Shown piece after piece: positions 19,311 to 29,041 of a stretch of DNA of 64,000 bases. Under the pieces are notes generated by a model, which worked only from the letters and a program-made list of their open reading frames with translations, made no database searches and was not told the origin of the DNA. Made by a program: the position numbers and the translations under genes. This DNA is from a virus. Each line of letters starts with the position of its first letter. The stretch's first letter is position 1. The stretch is from the IMG/VR virus record IMGVR_UViG_3300044970_000539, positions 32,001 to 96,000 of that record. One strand, 5' to 3'.

Positions 19311-19595
19311 ATGAAGCAACATTTATGGAAAGATCAAGCAGCGTGTCTTGGTCTTGATACTAATATCTTTTTTGATAAGTATGAAGACAATGTAGATGTG
19401 CGCCCAATTGTAGATTCAATGTGCCAAAGGTGTCCAGTATCAAAGGTTTGCTTTGCTAACGGTGTTTCTGGTAAAGAGTACGGTGTATGGGGTGGGGTGT
19501 TCCTTGAACTTGGAAATATATCTAGAGAGTTTAATAAACACAAAACCAAACAAGACTGGGCTAATACTTGGCAAGCATTGACAATGGAGAAATAA
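19311..19595 (+). CDS. whiB: WhiB-family transcription regulator
   Basis: W...AAC...FF...CQRCPV...C...GVWGG. Confidence 0.92.
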   Translation: MKQHLWKDQAACLGLDTNIFFDKYEDNVDVRPIVDSMCQRCPVSKVCFANGVSGKEYGVWGGVFLELGNISREFNKHKTKQDWANTWQALTMEK

Positions 19596-19826
19596 TTGTA
19601 CACTGATCAAATGCGTAGAGCCTTTCACTCTGTAGTACCTCCAAAGGGTTTTGCTATAGAGTTAATTGATAATGAACACTTTTTAACTATTAAGTTAAAT
19701 GAACTTAAGTTTGCAAACATGGTTCATGACGATAAAATACAGGCTCTTCAATATGTTTTAAATTTAAAGAAAGCATTGGAAATGGAAGGGGCTATCGTCC
19801 TAGTAACAAGAGAGGCAATAAAGTGA
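19596..19826 (+). CDS. hypothetical protein
   Basis: 76 aa ORF, TTG start. Confidence 0.65.
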   Translation: MYTDQMRRAFHSVVPPKGFAIELIDNEHFLTIKLNELKFANMVHDDKIQALQYVLNLKKALEMEGAIVLVTREAIK

Positions 19827-20737
19827 AAATCTTTGTATCTATTGCATCTTATCGTGATCCAGAACTTCAATGGACAATTAAAAGTGCTATTACAAATGCA
19901 AATAATCCAGACAATCTATATTTTGGTGTTGTTCATCAGGGAGTTGATTCAGAACTGTTTGATATTCAGGAAATTAAAAACATATCTATAACTAAAATGC
20001 ATCCAAAAGAAGCAAGAGGTGCAGGATATGCAAGAGCAAAAGCAATGGAGTTATACTCTGGACAAGAGTATTTTCTTCAAATTGATTCACATACTAGATT
20101 TGTTCCTGGTTGGGACTCTATATCTATTGATCAGTTGAATAGGGCTAAGAATATATCTGGCCATAGTCGTGTATTGTTATCATACTTTCCTGCCCCGTTT
20201 GAGCCAGAAAGAAATGGCGGTATGTATTTAATTACAAACAACCCAAAAGTAAAGCCATATCCAACTAGACAAAAGATATCATTAAATAAAAGAAAACAGT
20301 GGACAGCAGAAAGACTTGAGTTTAATAACAAACTAAAAGAAGATCCAGAACTTTCTGAAACAGTTCTTGGTGGCTTTATGTTTTCAGATGGTTCAATAGT
20401 TAGTGAAGTTCCTTATGATTCAGAAATTAGTTTCTTTGGTGAAGAGATTTGTTTTGCTATGAGATCATGGACAAGAGGATGGGATATATATTCTCCTTCA
20501 AAAAATATTGTATACCACTTTTATTCTCGTGGAGGATACAGTAAGATATGGAAAGATAGAAATCTACGTGGAATATCTTGGAAAGAGTTAGAAGAAATAT
20601 CATACAACAAACAAAAAAGAATTCTTTGTGGTGAAGAAGAAGGTGTGTTTGGTGCTGGAAACGTTAGAACCCTTGCCGAGTATGAGATCTTTACTAATAC
20701 TAACTTTAAAGATTTTTATAGTTTGACAAAACCTTAG
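19823..20737 (+). CDS. GT-A glycosyltransferase (GlcNAc-transferase-like)
   Basis: IFVSIASYRD, AR, LQIDSH.RF..GWD, FFGEE, RSWTRGWDIY.P. Confidence 0.85.
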   Translation: MKIFVSIASYRDPELQWTIKSAITNANNPDNLYFGVVHQGVDSELFDIQEIKNISITKMHPKEARGAGYARAKAMELYSGQEYFLQIDSHTRFVPGWDSISIDQLNRAKNISGHSRVLLSYFPAPFEPERNGGMYLITNNPKVKPYPTRQKISLNKRKQWTAERLEFNNKLKEDPELSETVLGGFMFSDGSIVSEVPYDSEISFFGEEICFAMRSWTRGWDIYSPSKNIVYHFYSRGGYSKIWKDRNLRGISWKELEEISYNKQKRILCGEEEGVFGAGNVRTLAEYEIFTNTNFKDFYSLTKP

Positions 20738-20757
20738 TGTTAGGATATAATTAAAAC

Positions 20758-21204
20758 ATGTGGAGTGGTGATATGAAAGATATTTTTATTGTTGTTTTTG
20801 CAACATTGTCAGTTTGCTTTGCAGCATCATATATTTTAGTCTTAGGACAGTCCATTAAACTTAAAAGAGATGTTTCAAAACTTTTTATTGAAAAGACTTT
20901 GCTTCAAGAATATGTTGATATAACTAAGTCTACAAAAATAAAAGAAGATTCAGATGACTCAATACACAAAGAAAACTTTATTAAGTTTCTTTCTGATTCT
21001 AGACTATGGGCATTTGAATATATTGAGAATGTACAAAAAGGTTTAACTAAATTTGTTAATGATGTTGATGCAGACATATCATACTTTGATGAATATGGAG
21101 AAGCCTTATCTATGTCAAGACCAGACTATCCATCTATGAAGAATATTTCAAAAGCATATAAAGAATTAAAAACACTATTACCAGAAGATGAAATAAAACA
21201 ATGA
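20758..21204 (+). CDS. membrane-anchored hypothetical protein (leaderless)
   Basis: TATAAT-N6-ATG; N-terminal TM. Confidence 0.7.
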   Translation: MWSGDMKDIFIVVFATLSVCFAASYILVLGQSIKLKRDVSKLFIEKTLLQEYVDITKSTKIKEDSDDSIHKENFIKFLSDSRLWAFEYIENVQKGLTKFVNDVDADISYFDEYGEALSMSRPDYPSMKNISKAYKELKTLLPEDEIKQ

Positions 21205-21359
21205 GAGATATATTGTTGTCAACACTAACAGGTTTTGGATGTGGTGTAGTATTTGCTGCATTCAAATTGCCAGTTCCAGCACCGCCAGTTTTTGCGGGAG
21301 TCGCAGGAATTGTAGGGCTGTGGGCTGGATATGCTATACTAATAAAGGTTCTATCCTAG
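21201..21359 (+). CDS. XapX/DUF1427-like small membrane protein
   Basis: MRDILLSTLTGFGCGVVFAAFKLPVPAPPVFAGVAGIVGLWAGY; missed by ORF track. Confidence 0.8.
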   Translation: MRDILLSTLTGFGCGVVFAAFKLPVPAPPVFAGVAGIVGLWAGYAILIKVLS

Positions 21360-21367
21360 GAGGAAAA

Positions 21368-21637
21368 ATGAACACAGAACAACTAAAGGCAGTACTTGCA
21401 TCATACGGACGTTCAGTCCTTGCATCAGGCCTTGCACTATACATGGCAGGCGTAACAGATCCAAAGGATCTATGGACTGCACTTGTTGCTGCAGTTGCGC
21501 CAGTTGCAATTAGAGCAATCAACCCTAATGACAAGGCGTTTGGCGTATTGCCAGATGCTAAGGAAGTAGAGAAGGCTCTTAAGGGTGCAAAGGCACCCGT
21601 AAAGAAGGCTGCTAAGAAGGCTGCTCCAAAGAAGTAA
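21368..21637 (+). CDS. holin-like membrane protein
   Basis: GGAGG RBS, two hydrophobic segments, RAINPND..FG, basic tail. Confidence 0.6.
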   Translation: MNTEQLKAVLASYGRSVLASGLALYMAGVTDPKDLWTALVAAVAPVAIRAINPNDKAFGVLPDAKEVEKALKGAKAPVKKAAKKAAPKK

Positions 21638-21654
21638 TATTTACTTACAGAATT

Positions 21655-21682
21655 GCCAGTCTAGAAATAGGCTGGCTTTTTT
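21655..21682. terminator. terminator between convergent blocks
   Basis: GCCAGTCTA-GAAA-TAGGCTGGC-TTTTTT. Confidence 0.8.
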
Positions 21683-21685
21683 GTT

Positions 21686-22720
21686 TTATGAATTAATTAA
21701 ATCAATATACTTTTGTTTTAGTGAGTCTATTGAAAAGTTATTGTTGCCAAGATCAAATGCTTTATCTTTTAACTTGGGAATATCTAAGCCATAATAATCA
21801 TCAACTAATTTACCAAGCATTTTAGCATTTCCATCATAAACATCAAGCATTGTTCTTGTCTGTAGTTCGTCAATCTTATTAGATTCAAATAACCACTCCT
21901 CTGGTAAAACCTTATTGTTTGGAGATATGTTAGTCATAAAAACAGGCAGGGAACTGATTAAAGCCTCATTCATAGGAAGACATAGGCCAGCATACCTTCT
22001 AGGCAATATCATAGCGTCAAAGCCCTCATACAGGCTCTGATGGCTATCTGGGTTTGATTTGTCAATGGTTAATCTTGGATCATTGCATTTTATGTCTAAA
22101 TTGCTCTGGGTTCTTATTACTAACTCATAATCACCGATAGAATAATTAAGCATTTCAATTACTGTGTCAGTACCGTTTCTATCTTTGGCTGCAGCCTTCC
22201 CAGCAATGTGTAATAATCTTTTATGTGTTTTGCTTGTATTTATTTCTCTTGCATTAGAAAATAAGTTAATGTCAGTCGGCGGCGGTATATGAACAACCCT
22301 TGTTTTATCTCCAAATTTACTAACAACATCTTCAAAGTTCCATAGACTAGGAGCAACAAGAACATCAGGCAATGTTTGATTAGGGTTTGCTAAATAATCT
22401 AAAAACTCATAGTTATACTGCAATATTGTTTTTATTCCACGACTTTTTGCAAGATCAACAAACTTTGGATTATAAAATAATTCACAACTAAGAACTACGT
22501 CAATGTCTTTTAAAAATTCTAAGATTTCATTTGTATTTGGAAAACCTTTGATTGTGGTTTGACAGTTGTATCCTTCGTACCATTCAGGATGCTGCTTGTT
22601 TTGATTAAAAAATCTTGAGTTAATAAGCATAATCTTATCAGGATTAAGCATGTTTACTAACTCTCTTGTTTGATTACCAAGACCTGTGTTGTCTGATCTT
22701 GCAATTATTCCTAGTCTCAT
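21686..22720 (-). CDS. GT-B (GT4-like) glycosyltransferase
   Basis: TGLG.QT, DAMILPRRYAGLCLPMNEAL...LPV. Confidence 0.82.
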   Translation of the reverse strand: MRLGIIARSDNTGLGNQTRELVNMLNPDKIMLINSRFFNQNKQHPEWYEGYNCQTTIKGFPNTNEILEFLKDIDVVLSCELFYNPKFVDLAKSRGIKTILQYNYEFLDYLANPNQTLPDVLVAPSLWNFEDVVSKFGDKTRVVHIPPPTDINLFSNAREINTSKTHKRLLHIAGKAAAKDRNGTDTVIEMLNYSIGDYELVIRTQSNLDIKCNDPRLTIDKSNPDSHQSLYEGFDAMILPRRYAGLCLPMNEALISSLPVFMTNISPNNKVLPEEWLFESNKIDELQTRTMLDVYDGNAKMLGKLVDDYYGLDIPKLKDKAFDLGNNNFSIDSLKQKYIDLINS

Positions 22721-23379
22721 GAGTCCATATCTTTATATAGTTGTTTTAATCCATTAAGCGTTCCTATGTCCATATACTTACCGCCAGGACTTACAGATCT
22801 AATATTAAGACTCATATCTATCCAATCCTGTATTTGTTTTCCTGGATGCTCTAGTAATGGATCAATATATCTAATAAGGTTTTTACGAAACAACATTGTC
22901 CCCCACATATCTGGGTAATCACAGTCAGATACTTTGTCTCTAGATGACATAACCTTGCCTTCAGATATTGATACTTGTCCAACTCTACCCTTAAGTTCTG
23001 GATCACAACTCCAGGTTCCAAGAACCAGATCTCCAGAAGTATCCATCATATCTTTATAAATATTGGTTTTGCATCCAAGAATATATGTGTCTGGCATTCC
23101 AATTAAAACGGTATCGTTATAATCTCCAACCATAAACTTAACAGCATCAGACATAGTTGAAGGTTCACGAACAACTAACTTTATATCCATATTCATATTT
23201 TGAATAATAGGAACCCATTCAGCCCTTGTTGAAACTCTAACTTCATCACATACCTCTAGCATTTGATTAACGTGCCATTGAAGTATAGATTCTTTTTCTG
23301 AAACTGGAAGACAAAACTTTGGAATACCACCTATTCTAGATGCTTTTCCTGATGCTGGTAGGATTCCTATTGTAGCCAT
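22717..23379 (-). CDS. sugar-phosphate nucleotidyltransferase
   Basis: GILPASGKASRI..IPK..LPV, GMPD, YMDIGT. Confidence 0.85.
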   Translation of the reverse strand: MATIGILPASGKASRIGGIPKFCLPVSEKESILQWHVNQMLEVCDEVRVSTRAEWVPIIQNMNMDIKLVVREPSTMSDAVKFMVGDYNDTVLIGMPDTYILGCKTNIYKDMMDTSGDLVLGTWSCDPELKGRVGQVSISEGKVMSSRDKVSDCDYPDMWGTMLFRKNLIRYIDPLLEHPGKQIQDWIDMSLNIRSVSPGGKYMDIGTLNGLKQLYKDMDS

Positions 23380-24167
23380 TACCTTAACCCATATTTTTTC
23401 TTTAATGTTGCTATATCATTTACTGGCCAATAGTCTAAAGATTTTGTTGGATCATTAAATGGGTTCTTATATTCTCCCCAACCTTCCCTTGTTCTATCCC
23501 CGCCCCACTTGGCCTTAAAGTAATCGTGAAGAGGTTCAATGTTAATTCTTAGTCCGTCTATTGTTGCGCCTCCGTCTATTTGACATGTTACATCAACTTC
23601 TGCAGCAGGTGCGTTTATTCTCATTACATAACTTATAGGTGCATTAGGATGTACAAACTGACTACGCCAAGAAACTGCAACATCTGAATCAGGATTATTT
23701 ATAACTTGTTCTTCAAGTATTCTGCACCTTTGATCCCAGTCACAATCATCAAAATTATATGGATAAAAATTTTCATCAAAATATCCAATTGCTTCAACCA
23801 ATTTTTTGTTTATTCCAGCCAAATGCCATCCATGCTGTGTTCTAAACATTAAACCATTAAAGCCATTAAGCATATCAACTATATGAGAAAAGGGTTGATT
23901 AAACAACATTGAAGACGAAACAAAAAAGGTCCAGTCGTGATTCTTTTTTAATCCTATGTTCCATGCTCTGGCTAAACCAATATTTTCTGATTGATACTCT
24001 ACCTGAAAGCCATACTTCTTCTCAAATACTTCACACTCTCTGTTGCCACTATTGTCTATAAGTAAAACATTTTTATCTTTTATAGACTCCATGCATTTGT
24101 AGATTCTTTCTGTTACCCTGTAAACAGGTATACAAATTAAATAATCAATCTCAGTATCTATTTGCAT
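23379..24167 (-). CDS. GT2-like glycosyltransferase
   Basis: IDNS, NIGLARAWNIG, IGYFDENFYP..FDDCD; start set at MQIDTE. Confidence 0.8.
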   Translation of the reverse strand: MQIDTEIDYLICIPVYRVTERIYKCMESIKDKNVLLIDNSGNRECEVFEKKYGFQVEYQSENIGLARAWNIGLKKNHDWTFFVSSSMLFNQPFSHIVDMLNGFNGLMFRTQHGWHLAGINKKLVEAIGYFDENFYPYNFDDCDWDQRCRILEEQVINNPDSDVAVSWRSQFVHPNAPISYVMRINAPAAEVDVTCQIDGGATIDGLRINIEPLHDYFKAKWGGDRTREGWGEYKNPFNDPTKSLDYWPVNDIATLKKKYGLR

Positions 24168-24846
24168 AAATATATCCTCCTCTTTCAGGGCTACCCAAAA
24201 TATCAATTCCAAACTGTTTTGAAAGTTTTTCAATCATTTGGCCAAATCTTCCATCAAAAGATTTATCAAATTCAAGAACTAATCTGTTTATCTTTGCTAA
24301 AGTTTCTGCGGGGGTATTTATAATAAGATCAAACTCTGCACCCTCTATATCAATCTTCATGACATCAACCTCTTTGATATCATAAGTTGAAAATAAGGTT
24401 TCTAAAGTTATTGCTAAGACTTCTGAATTATCTTCTTCTATGTCTACAATACTACTGTTGCCACCACGATTACTGATTGAAACCATCTTTTCTTCATACC
24501 AGATAGCATTATTTACTATAGTAATGTTTTCAGTAGGGTTATTTTCTATATTTTGACTAAGTAGATATAGGTTATTTGGCTCTGGTTCTACAGCGTATAC
24601 TTTGATTTTACTATCATCTGGTCTATCTTTATTAAAACTATCTACAAAAAGGCTAACTGCTCCAATATTTGCACCAACATCAACAAAAACACCACCACCA
24701 AAGAATTGGCCTTGATGTATTCTATATACATTTTCTATCCATGTTTCGTTAACTACTTTAAAGTCAAGGTTATGATCATAACTAGGATCTTCTGTATACT
24801 CTCTTATTTGAAAATTATAGTTTTCGTGGTTTAAGATAGATGTCAT
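24151..24846 (-). CDS. FkbM-family methyltransferase
   Basis: FVDVGANIG, AVEP, MKIDIEGAE. Confidence 0.9.
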   Translation of the reverse strand: MTSILNHENYNFQIREYTEDPSYDHNLDFKVVNETWIENVYRIHQGQFFGGGVFVDVGANIGAVSLFVDSFNKDRPDDSKIKVYAVEPEPNNLYLLSQNIENNPTENITIVNNAIWYEEKMVSISNRGGNSSIVDIEEDNSEVLAITLETLFSTYDIKEVDVMKIDIEGAEFDLIINTPAETLAKINRLVLEFDKSFDGRFGQMIEKLSKQFGIDILGSPERGGYIYANRY

Positions 24847-25784
24847 AGGTTTAATTCTTTCAATATGTTTTGCCATCTATTTTTATAAGTATAATTAGAC
24901 TTAACTAATTCATGACCTGCTTTTCTAATTGCTTCACGCTCTTCATCATGTTCTATATAGTAATCAATTAGTTCTTTTAGTTGATTGAAGTTGCCGTACT
25001 CATAAAATACCAAATGTTTTTTGTCTTCAAACTCTCTTTCCATACCTTGGACATATGGGTGAATCATAAAGCCACCACGACCCAAGGTTTCATAAACACG
25101 ATCAGACCAGTAATCTGGGTAATCAAAGTTTATACAAAGAGTATCACCAACAACAACTTTTGTAGACCAATAAAGTTTATTAAGTTTTAGTCCACGAATT
25201 GATGGCAATCCACCACTTCCATAATGCTTAAAGTTATTTCTATATTTATCTTCAAGCCAATTAATAAGTTCAGTTCTGTAGTTCCACTCTGGATGATACT
25301 TCTTGCTACCGACAAATATAACTTGGTTGTTTAATTCTGACTCTTTATATATACACTCTTGATCATAAACTCCAGCAGGTACATAATGACCAATTACATT
25401 TGTTTTTGCATTAAACCATTCAGACATTTTTTTGTCTACCGTAAAGAAGTGCCCAATGTGTTTATATACTGGGTGAGTATCTAGATCTTTTTGTCTTTGT
25501 AGTCCAAACCAAAGATCAAGGTGATATGTCATTGTTGGGATATTATAATCTCTAAGTGTTAGCAACACCTTGTCCATTTCAAACTTTCCAGGAGTCTTCC
25601 AACCGTGTGTGTGAATCCATATGAAAAGATCTGAGTCAACAGAAGACTTTAATATGTCTTCGCTCTTAGCCTCTGTTTCTTGTAATCTTATTACTTTGTG
25701 TCCCAAAGATTCCAGGGTATTGGCATGGTGACTTTCACTAGTATAATCAACACGAAAGTTACCAAGAAAAACTATTTTTGCCAC
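24843..25784 (-). CDS. CgeB-like (Glyco_trans_1_2) glycosyltransferase
   Basis: FVGS, YWSDRVYETLGRGGF, ERE.I...G...V...YTY..RW. Confidence 0.8.
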   Translation of the reverse strand: MAKIVFLGNFRVDYTSESHHANTLESLGHKVIRLQETEAKSEDILKSSVDSDLFIWIHTHGWKTPGKFEMDKVLLTLRDYNIPTMTYHLDLWFGLQRQKDLDTHPVYKHIGHFFTVDKKMSEWFNAKTNVIGHYVPAGVYDQECIYKESELNNQVIFVGSKKYHPEWNYRTELINWLEDKYRNNFKHYGSGGLPSIRGLKLNKLYWSTKVVVGDTLCINFDYPDYWSDRVYETLGRGGFMIHPYVQGMEREFEDKKHLVFYEYGNFNQLKELIDYYIEHDEEREAIRKAGHELVKSNYTYKNRWQNILKELNL

Positions 25785-25813
25785 AAATACCCCTTTGTTT
25801 TCATCTATTATAG

Positions 25814-25885
25814 CATCTCTGGTAGGATTTGAACCTACGACCTACACCTTAGAAGGGTGTCACTCTTCCGCTGAGTTACAGAGAT
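25814..25885 (-). tRNA. trnR: tRNA-Arg(TCT)
   Basis: ATCTCTG/CAGAGAT, ACACC-CTTCTAA-GGTGT, GTTCAAATC. Confidence 0.92.
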
Positions 25886-25889
25886 TTAG

Positions 25890-25960
25890 TAGACCTAGAA
25901 GGTAATGCTCCTTCTTCTCAGGATTAAAAGTCCTGAGCATCACTTTAATGCTTTAGGTCC
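25890..25960 (-). tRNA. trnK: tRNA-Lys(TTT), atypical T-loop
   Basis: GGACCTA/TAGGTCT, CAGGA-CTTTTAA-TCCTG; T-loop AGCATTA. Confidence 0.8.
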
Positions 25961-25964
25961 ATAG

Positions 25965-26038
25965 TACATCTGGAAGGACTTGAACCTTCGGCTCTCTGCA
26001 TATAAGGCAGGTACTCTAACCAACTGAGTTACAGATGC
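25965..26038 (-). tRNA. trnI: tRNA-Ile(TAT)
   Basis: GCATCTG/CAGATGT, CTGC-CTTATAT-GCAG, GTTCAAGTC. Confidence 0.85.
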
Positions 26039-26042
26039 TTAG

Positions 26043-26117
26043 TACACCAGGTAGGACTTGAACCTACGAATAGCCGAATTATGAGTTCGGTGCCTTAACC
26101 AACTTGGCTACTGGTGC
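26043..26117 (-). tRNA. tRNA(CAT): Ile2 or elongator Met
   Basis: GCACCAG/CTGGTGT, CCGAA-CTCATAA-TTCGG; no initiator features. Confidence 0.9.
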
Positions 26118-26133
26118 TTGCTTTATAAGTATA

Positions 26134-26574
26134 TTAAAATTCTTTATCAAAGTCAAGCCAGTACTGTTTAAAGTTATCTCTTGGTTCAAGATATCTAACC
26201 TCATCAATAATTTTATGTTTTAATGCAGTCTTAATCATGTTATCAGAATAACTTCCTGGTTCTGGTTTGGCAGAAAAATAAACAACATAGTATAAAACAT
26301 TAGAAGTTTTTATTAATGCACCATTAGCAATTGCTTTTTTAACATTGTCAGTTCTTTGTGCTCCTGGTCTTTTACCCTCACCAGAAAGGCCACCCTTTGC
26401 TTCAATATACTCAAAGGTTGTTTTAGAGTGTGCACGAAAGTCTACTTCACAACCAACATTCTCAAAGCAATAATTTCTATCAATAGGACCAAAACCCCTA
26501 CTAACCAAATCTGCGTATACAAGTTCTTCAAAAGCGTCTCCTGACTTTTTAGATTGTGATTGAAAGTTTTCCAT
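26134..26574 (-). CDS. PD-(D/E)XK restriction-endonuclease-like protein
   Basis: GDAFE...EVDF...YIEAKG...RTDNVKKA. Confidence 0.7.
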   Translation of the reverse strand: MENFQSQSKKSGDAFEELVYADLVSRGFGPIDRNYCFENVGCEVDFRAHSKTTFEYIEAKGGLSGEGKRPGAQRTDNVKKAIANGALIKTSNVLYYVVYFSAKPEPGSYSDNMIKTALKHKIIDEVRYLEPRDNFKQYWLDFDKEF

Positions 26575-26586
26575 ATGTTTATTGTA

Positions 26587-26808
26587 TCAGTTTACTGTTT
26601 CTTTAGACCAACGTAAAAATGACTTAATGTAAACGGCAGTGTATGCAAGAGCAGCAAATATAAATCCGTACTGCTCAGTGGCAAGTGCAAAAATGATCCA
26701 TAGACACTCATTAAATATAAGCCATAGCCAGGCCCATTTCTTTTTACGACCAACAAAGTAAATTCCAGACACACCTATCACTGCAAGAACCCATGAGTAC
26801 CACTCCAT
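26587..26808 (-). CDS. short PnuC-like membrane protein
   Basis: Three Trp-rich hydrophobic helices, G.K...AW. Confidence 0.55.
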   Translation of the reverse strand: MEWYSWVLAVIGVSGIYFVGRKKKWAWLWLIFNECLWIIFALATEQYGFIFAALAYTAVYIKSFLRWSKETVN

Positions 26809-27141
26809 ATTAGTCCTGCTTAACTTTATATGTCATAACAAGATAGCAAATTGAATACCCAGCAACAAATGTAGGGATCAAAAATAAAATATTAATCATC
26901 TTCTTCCTCAAATTCTCTAAGGGCGTTGCTATTATCATTACAATAATTACAATCGCCATATTCTACTCTATTACCACAGTAGTTACAAAACATTTATTAT
27001 TCTACCAAATTTTCTTTTATTTCTTTTAAAACATTATTTTTAATTTTAAACATGTTGTAATACTCATCAAGACTTCTTATTTTAACCCTTCTATTAGATT
27101 TTGAATTAATAACTAAGTCTTTATAATAATATAATTTATCA

Positions 27142-27834
27142 TTATTCATATGTTTTTTTAAACCACTTATTATTCTTATAGTTTCCATAAAAAACATTCA
27201 TAGATCTTGCTCTTTCATCATTATCCTCTTGTTGCATACTTAAATCTTTTTCTGCTTTCCAGTTTTCTCTTTTAAATGGAAGAATTTGTAAAATTGGAGT
27301 TCCCTTTTCTATTAAACCAGAAAACCCAGTTTTTAAGAAAAATGGAACTTGACCACCAAACATAATTTTTTCTGCATCAACAATTCCAGTGGAACTTAAA
27401 AATGGAAGTTCATATCTATTAAATGGATGAGAAATAAGCAAGGAGTATCCTGGAGGAGTTTTCATTGCATATGGCAATCTCCACATATAATGCATTGTTT
27501 CATCATATCCAGCAGGTGTTGGAACGTTTGTTGTTTCAGATTTTCTTTGTTGAAATGGTGGAACATTTCCAGCCCACTTAATTGACTTATCTTTTTCATC
27601 AAAAAATATATCACACCAAAGTTCAATTGTGTATCCAGATAGAAGAGTATCAAAAAATGGAATACAAGATTTTAGATTTTTTGCTGCATTATTATTTTTA
27701 TCAAAAACCATGTTTGATTTATTATATGCTTTTATGGATTTAAACCAGTCTGGAATATAATTTTTTGATGGACCTATATCATCAATTCCAGTATCTAATG
27801 GTGTATATTTAAAAATATTTTTGTTTTTCCACAT
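27142..27834 (-). CDS. DUF6065-like hypothetical protein (paralog family)
   Basis: PDWFK, KSCIPFFD, GY.I.LWCD, TPPGYS, GIVD, KGTPI.QI.PFKRE. Confidence 0.65.
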   Translation of the reverse strand: MWKNKNIFKYTPLDTGIDDIGPSKNYIPDWFKSIKAYNKSNMVFDKNNNAAKNLKSCIPFFDTLLSGYTIELWCDIFFDEKDKSIKWAGNVPPFQQRKSETTNVPTPAGYDETMHYMWRLPYAMKTPPGYSLLISHPFNRYELPFLSSTGIVDAEKIMFGGQVPFFLKTGFSGLIEKGTPILQILPFKRENWKAEKDLSMQQEDNDERARSMNVFYGNYKNNKWFKKTYE

Positions 27835-27928
27835 AGTTAAACCCTTCTTTATTGTTGACATTTTGTTTAGAATACCTTTTAATTGTATCATATTGAAAAA
27901 ATTTTTGCAAGTATGGTAGAATTATAAT

Positions 27929-28135
27929 ATGTGCACATTTTGCAAGGGTATATTAACCCCAATTGTATATTCACGGGTAGTTGACGATGTGCTTCTTGGT
28001 ATGCATAAAACGGGACAAATAATCTTATCAGGTCCATCAGAAAGATATTCAGACCACCCTAGATCATATTGTAGAGCCTGTCAAGAGCCAAGCACTATAG
28101 AAGTTTCCATTGATAACGCATTAGTTCTAGACTAA
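27929..28135 (+). CDS. small Zn-finger protein (leaderless)
   Basis: TAGAAT-N6-ATG; CTFC...CRAC. Confidence 0.6.
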   Translation: MCTFCKGILTPIVYSRVVDDVLLGMHKTGQIILSGPSERYSDHPRSYCRACQEPSTIEVSIDNALVLD

Positions 28136-28338
28136 TCTTTATCTGGTATCTCATCAAACCTACGATAGCCTTTTCTAACCAGAACCTTTGCTATTTGAAA
28201 TGTAGCAAGTAGATATCCAAATAGCATTCCGTATAATATATGTAAAAGCATCAATCAATCCTATCTAAATCTTCAAGACTATATACTCCATATAGATTTA
28301 TCATTTCTTCAACACTAAACTCTAAATCAAACTCTTCT

Positions 28339-28578
28339 TCAGTATCCACCTGTGCACTCATTTCTTGTATGATATAGTCTAATCTTTGTCATAATTTTGC
28401 GGGATGGAGCATAAAGATCTTCCTTACAAGTTAAACACTTATAAGACCATTCCCCAGTAAAGAAGTCATGAACATAACCTTTGGCATTAGCATACTTCTT
28501 GGCTACAAAGGTTTGAAAGGGATCAGGAATCTCTAGTGACTGGATCAAGTCTATCCCAAAACCCCATAGAATTCCCAA
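28339..28578 (-). CDS. small Zn-binding protein
   Basis: CLTC...HTR.EC; start uncertain. Confidence 0.55.
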   Translation of the reverse strand: MGILWGFGIDLIQSLEIPDPFQTFVAKKYANAKGYVHDFFTGEWSYKCLTCKEDLYAPSRKIMTKIRLYHTRNECTGGY

Positions 28579-28690
28579 CGAATACCTGACCAGTTTCTCT
28601 ATCTACAAGAAGATATTTTTCTGGACATCTAGTTTTAACTGTAAGACCAATTGGTTGTTCTAATTTTTCAAACTTTTTTGACTGTATCAT
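28523..28690 (-). CDS. small hypothetical protein
   Basis: MIQSKKFEK...TRCPEKYLLVDRETG. Confidence 0.5.
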   Translation of the reverse strand: MIQSKKFEKLEQPIGLTVKTRCPEKYLLVDRETGQVFVGNSMGFWDRLDPVTRDS

Positions 28691-28879
28691 TTTCTTCCTT
28701 TTCCCATATTTTTTTACCATCTTTGTAGACTGGCCAATAGCCCAAGGCTCTCCAGTCCATCTTCGTAATCTTAGGTTCTTTTGGCATACGCACACCAAAT
28801 TCTACCATCTGTCATTGTTTGATGTGTTTCCCAAAACAATGGATCTTTGTGTGACATCTTACACTTTACGCATTCATTC

Positions 28880-29041
28880 TTATTCAAAGTCTACCTGGCT
28901 TTCAAAGATGCTGTTCTCTCCTCTTGCTATTTTTGCAGCAGCAATACGCATACCAAGTGCATTTGTTACTCCTGTTTCAATTGGAATCAACTCAATAGCC
29001 TTGGCAATTTCTTCTCGCAAAATCATATCATCTATGCTCAT
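28880..29041 (-). CDS. small hypothetical protein
   Basis: MSIDDMILREEIAKAIE... 53 aa, coupled to the upstream gene. Confidence 0.5.
   Translation of the reverse strand: MSIDDMILREEIAKAIELIPIETGVTNALGMRIAAAKIARGENSIFESQVDFE

Noticed and set aside
21239-21367. N-terminal extension of the 132-aa ORF
   Set aside because: Overlaps the XapX-like gene in another frame; the real start with RBS is 21368
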